This document shows positions 60,575 through 64,000 of a DNA stretch of 64,000 bases, piece by piece (within the stretch, counting starts at the first letter, position 1; each line of letters opens with the position of its first letter). Position numbers and translations under genes: made by a program. Location of the stretch: the NCBI RefSeq assembly GCF_018780105.1, contig NZ_JADMKC010000005.1, forward strand, positions 16,482-80,481, written 5' to 3'. This DNA is from Thiobacillus sp. (GTDB lineage Bacteria > Pseudomonadota > Gammaproteobacteria > Burkholderiales > Thiobacillaceae). A model generated the notes under the pieces. It had not been told where the DNA came from. It saw nothing but the letters and a program-made list of their open reading frames with translations, and did not search any database.

Positions 60575-61933
60575 GTGTCGGGCTGGCTGAGCGCGCTGCG
60601 CGACCTGATCGTGGACGCGTCGCCGCGGCGACGTTTCATGCTGGCGCTGCTGGTCTTGCTGCCGCTGCTCATGTTGTCCAGCGCGTACTGGTGGCTCAAC
60701 CCGCCGGCCTACCGCGTGCTGTATCCGCAACTCTCCGACCGCGCCAGCGGCGAGGTCATCGCCGCCCTCGAACAACTCGATATTCCCTATCGCCTGGCGG
60801 CCGACAGCGGCCGCGTCGAAGTCGCCGCCGATCAACTGCATCTGGCGCGCTACCGGCTGGCTGCGCTGGGACTGCCCAAGTCGGATGCCGAAGCCGAAGA
60901 TGCCATCGACCGCGCGCCCAGCTTCGGCGCGTCGTCGCTGCAGGAACAGCAGCGCTACCAGCACGCGCTGGAAATCGACTTGGCGCGGTCGATCCAGAAG
61001 ATCCAAACCATCGAACTGGCGCGGGTGCATCTCGCCCTGCCCAAGGCGTCGCCTTTCTTGCGCGATGCGCCACTGGCCACGGCTGCAGTTTTGCTGCGCC
61101 TGCGTTCGGGCGCACGGCTGTCGGCCGAGCAGGTGGCCAGCATCCAGACCCTGGTGGCGGCCAGCGTGCCGCGCCTGAAGCGCACCGAAGTGCAGGTGCT
61201 GGACCAGAACGGCGTAGTGCTGGGCGCTGCGGTCCCCGAGCCGGTGCAGTCGCAGCAGCTGGTGCTGGAACAGGATCTGGCACGGCGCGCGCTGGCGGTG
61301 CTGACACCGTGGCTGGGACAGGATCGGGTCAGCGTGCAGATCACGGCGACGCTGGACGACAGCGAAAGCCGGCAGACCGTCGAGCGCGTGCGCCTTGGGG
61401 TGGTGGGCGGCCAGGCGCGCCCGCAGGAAACCACCGTGCTCACCACGCGGATTCCGCAAGGTCGTATCCAGCGCCTGCATGCCATCGTGATTCTGGGCTT
61501 CGACGCCAGCGCAGCCGAGCTGAAACGCGCCGGGCAGCTGACGCGTCAGGCGCTGGGCGTGGTGCCGGCGCGGGGCGACAGCGTGAACGTCTATGCGCTG
61601 CCGCGCACCGCCGCTGCGGCGCCCGCTGAAGCGGGCATGATCGCGCGGCCGCAGGCGCCGGCTGCCTTGCCCCCCGTTTCCATCCCGCAGGTGCGTGTCC
61701 AGCCCGATGCATCGCCCGCCGGCACGGCGTCCGAATTGCCGCTGGGCTGGCTGGCGGCCGGGCTGGGCAGCCTGGTGCTGCTCGGCGCAGCCGGCTGGTG
61801 GCGCCGGCGTCAGCCGCCGGCGCTGGAACTGTCGGTGGACGACTTCGAGGTCGAACTCGACAACGCCCGTAATCAAGCCTTGCTCGATCCGCGCGTGACG
61901 GCCGATGTCATCAAGTTATGGATGCGCGCATGA
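60575..61933 (+). CDS. fliF: Short, divergent FliF MS-ring protein
   Basis: YQHALEIDLARSI, ARVHLALPK.SPF, TAAVLL.L, VLDQNG, terminal ADVIKLWM; only 452 aa. Confidence 0.8.
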   Translation: MSGWLSALRDLIVDASPRRRFMLALLVLLPLLMLSSAYWWLNPPAYRVLYPQLSDRASGEVIAALEQLDIPYRLAADSGRVEVAADQLHLARYRLAALGLPKSDAEAEDAIDRAPSFGASSLQEQQRYQHALEIDLARSIQKIQTIELARVHLALPKASPFLRDAPLATAAVLLRLRSGARLSAEQVASIQTLVAASVPRLKRTEVQVLDQNGVVLGAAVPEPVQSQQLVLEQDLARRALAVLTPWLGQDRVSVQITATLDDSESRQTVERVRLGVVGGQARPQETTVLTTRIPQGRIQRLHAIVILGFDASAAELKRAGQLTRQALGVVPARGDSVNVYALPRTAAAAPAEAGMIARPQAPAALPPVSIPQVRVQPDASPAGTASELPLGWLAAGLGSLVLLGAAGWWRRRQPPALELSVDDFEVELDNARNQALLDPRVTADVIKLWMRA

Positions 61934-62895
61934 GTCAGGCCGGCATCGAAAAATCCGCCGCCCTGCTGCTTGCGCTGGGCGAAGAGGCAACCGCTGCGGT
62001 ATTCCGCTACCTGAGCCCGCTGGAAGTCAGCCGGCTGGGCACGGCGATGCGCGAGATGGGCGTGCTGCCGCGCGAGCGGGTCCGCCTGATTCTGCGCGAT
62101 TACGCCGCCGAGGCGGCCGAGCAGACCGGCTTCGCCGCCGATGCCGGCCGCTTTCTGGACGACAGCCTCAAGCTGGCCTGGAGCCCGGAACGCGCGCAGG
62201 CGGTGCTGCAGCGGCTGGGCGGGGCCGCCGGCCAGGCGCAGGAAAAGTTGGCCGGACGCGAGCCGGCGCAGATCGCCGGTCTGCTGGAAGAACAGCCGCC
62301 GCAACTGATCGCCATGGTGCTGGCACAACTGCCGCGCGATGTCGCCGCTGCGGTGCTGGATGCGCTGCCCGGCAGCGCGCGGGCCGGGACGCTGCTGAGT
62401 CTGGCGCACAGCGATGCGCCGCACCCCGACATGCTGACCGAACTGGACGAGTGGCTGGCCAGCCTCGATGCGCCGGCTTCCTCGCAGGGCGAAGCCGCCG
62501 TCGCCAGCCTGCTGGGGCAGATGAGCGAGGGCAGCGCCGCCGCCGCGCTGAGCCAGATCGATCACGACGATGCGGAGCTGGCCGCGCGCTTGAGGGTGCG
62601 GCATCTGGCGTTCGAGGATCTGGCGCGTCTGCCCGAGGCCAGCCGTAAAACCTTTTTGCGCAACGTCGGCGCGCGCGCGCTGCTGCTGGCCCTGAAAGGC
62701 AACGACGGCCGGGTGCTGGACGCGCTGGCTGCCGTGATGAGCCCGACCGCGGCGCAGCGCATGCGCGATGATCTGGATACGCTGGGCGCCGTGCCCGTGA
62801 CCGAGGTGCAGCTTGCGCAGGAGGAAGCCAGCGCTACCCTGCGACGGCTGGCGGCGGAGGGGGCGATCCTGCTCCCGCAAGAGGAGGCCGCATGA
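61930..62895 (+). CDS. fliG: Divergent FliG switch protein
   Basis: GIEKSAALLLALGE, ALKG, RDDL, LRRLAAEG; ATGA-coupled to fliF. Confidence 0.82.
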   Translation: MSQAGIEKSAALLLALGEEATAAVFRYLSPLEVSRLGTAMREMGVLPRERVRLILRDYAAEAAEQTGFAADAGRFLDDSLKLAWSPERAQAVLQRLGGAAGQAQEKLAGREPAQIAGLLEEQPPQLIAMVLAQLPRDVAAAVLDALPGSARAGTLLSLAHSDAPHPDMLTELDEWLASLDAPASSQGEAAVASLLGQMSEGSAAAALSQIDHDDAELAARLRVRHLAFEDLARLPEASRKTFLRNVGARALLLALKGNDGRVLDALAAVMSPTAAQRMRDDLDTLGAVPVTEVQLAQEEASATLRRLAAEGAILLPQEEAA

Positions 62896-63500
62896 ATACG
62901 CACGACGAACAGACGAGGCAGGAAGCCACCGCATTCGAGCAGTGGGAAGTGGTGGAACTGGCAGCATCCGCGGCGCAAGTGGCTACGGATACGCAGGCCG
63001 CCGAGCTGGCCAGACTGCGCGACACGGCCCGCGCCGAAGGCTATGCCGAAGGTCTGGCCGCCGGGCAAGCCAGAACCGAGCAGGCTTGCGCGCAGTTCAA
63101 GCAGCTGGCCGAAAGCTTCGACAACACGCTCGACAACCTCGACTTCCATCTGGCCGACATGGTGCTGGAACTGGCGCTCGACGTGGCGCGCCAGGTGATC
63201 GCCGGCGAACTGGCGGTGCGCCCGCAACACATTCTCGACGTGGTGAACCAGGCGCTGAAATTGATGGCCGAGTCGAGCCGCGGCGCCCGCCTGCTGCTCA
63301 ATCCGGAGGATGCCGCGCTGGTGCGGCCGCACCTCGATCAGGTGCTCGACAAGAACCGGCTGCGCATCGTCGAGGACGTGCGCATCGTGCGCGGCGGCTG
63401 CCTGATCGAAACCCCGCAGGGCGACCTCGACGCCACCCTGGTCTCGCGCTGGCGTCAGGTGGTGCAGGTGCTGGGGTCCAACCAGAACTGGCTTGAGTAA
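62892..63500 (+). CDS. fliH: FliH export ATPase regulator
   Basis: AEGYAEG, LNPEDA, RGGCLIETPQGDLDAT..RW. Confidence 0.85.
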   Translation: MNTHDEQTRQEATAFEQWEVVELAASAAQVATDTQAAELARLRDTARAEGYAEGLAAGQARTEQACAQFKQLAESFDNTLDNLDFHLADMVLELALDVARQVIAGELAVRPQHILDVVNQALKLMAESSRGARLLLNPEDAALVRPHLDQVLDKNRLRIVEDVRIVRGGCLIETPQGDLDATLVSRWRQVVQVLGSNQNWLE

Positions 63501-63513
63501 GCGGCAGAGGATG

Positions 63514-63808
63514 ATCCTAAAAACCGCAGTTGACCGCTTGTCACCTTGAGGAATGCCGCATGAATACTGAGTTTATTGCCTCCGATCACGTTCACTATCT
63601 GGGTGAGTCCGCTACGCACCCGCTGGCACGCCCGCTCGTGCGCCTGCCTTTGTCCCCGCGAGGGGGAGGCCGGATTCGTAAAGCCGCTGAAGCGGCAACG
63701 AATCCGCTCTCGCGCCTCCTTGCGGGCCCCGGCCCGCAGCGTCGTTGCTTCGCGGCAGACACCCGATCAGACGCACCATCGGGCGCGTCCAACTGCGGTT
63801 TCTAGGAT
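63514..63808. mobile_element. 295-bp MITE with 19-bp TIRs and 4-bp target duplication
   Basis: ATCCTAAAAACCGCAGTTG (63514-63532) / CAACTGCGGTTTCTAGGAT (63790-63808), one mismatch; GATG on both sides (63510-63513, 63809-63812); no transposase. Confidence 0.85.
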
Positions 63809-63809
63809 G

Positions 63810-64000
63810 ATGGAACGCACCGTCCGTTTACGCGAATACCTGGCGGCGTGCCGGCGCGCCGTCAGCGGCGCCACGCCGATCTCCGGCAGCGGTCGCCTGA
63901 CCCGCGTGTCCGGCCTGGTGATGGAAGCGGTGGGCCTGCGCATGCCGGTGGGCAGCCAGTGCCAGATCCAGGTGCCGGGCGGGCAGAACATCGAAGCCGA
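63810..64000 (+). CDS. fliI: FliI export ATPase, N-terminus (truncated by window edge)
   Basis: MERTVRLREYL...SGRLTRVSGLVMEAVGLRMPVGSQCQI; follows fliH. Confidence 0.88.
   Translation, partial: MERTVRLREYLAACRRAVSGATPISGSGRLTRVSGLVMEAVGLRMPVGSQCQIQVPGGQNIEA

Noticed and set aside
63530-63805. Independent 91-aa gene between fliH and fliI
   Set aside because: Lies wholly within the MITE and its composition reflects hairpin DNA; treated as part of the element.

Overview
GC-rich betaproteobacterial chromosome segment, Thiobacillus-like by gene content (inference). 1-19.4 kb: denitrification region with cNOR (norC end, norB, norE/F-like, norQ, two accessory genes, norD), a convergent clade I nosZRDFYL operon extended by a TumA/TumE-like pair and a second NosL, and divergent narXL with NarL heptamers. 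19.4-32.6 kb: housekeeping and signalling genes (crcB, DGC, ppx, a sigma54 two-component system with its apparent target promoter). 32.8-38 kb: PFOR (nifJ) carrying two different in-frame palindromic insertions, then a translationally coupled GIY-YIG nuclease with a cluster of the same CGTC-type palindromic repeats, then a DHOD-like gene. 38-51.8 kb: accessory region of mostly minus-strand single genes (PEP-CTERM proteins, HAF-repeat autotransporter, lower-GC PD-(D/E)XK-like protein, addiction module); six short related GGGGTCAG-type motifs mark intergenic junctions in its right half. 51.8-64 kb: htpG with a sigma32 promoter, a Pho-boxed plcP/agt pair, ppk1, CYTH-CHAD, sixA, and a divergent fliF-G-H-I cluster with a 295-bp MITE inserted at the fliI start codon. 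All calls come from reading the sequence and recalling motifs; no database searches were run.
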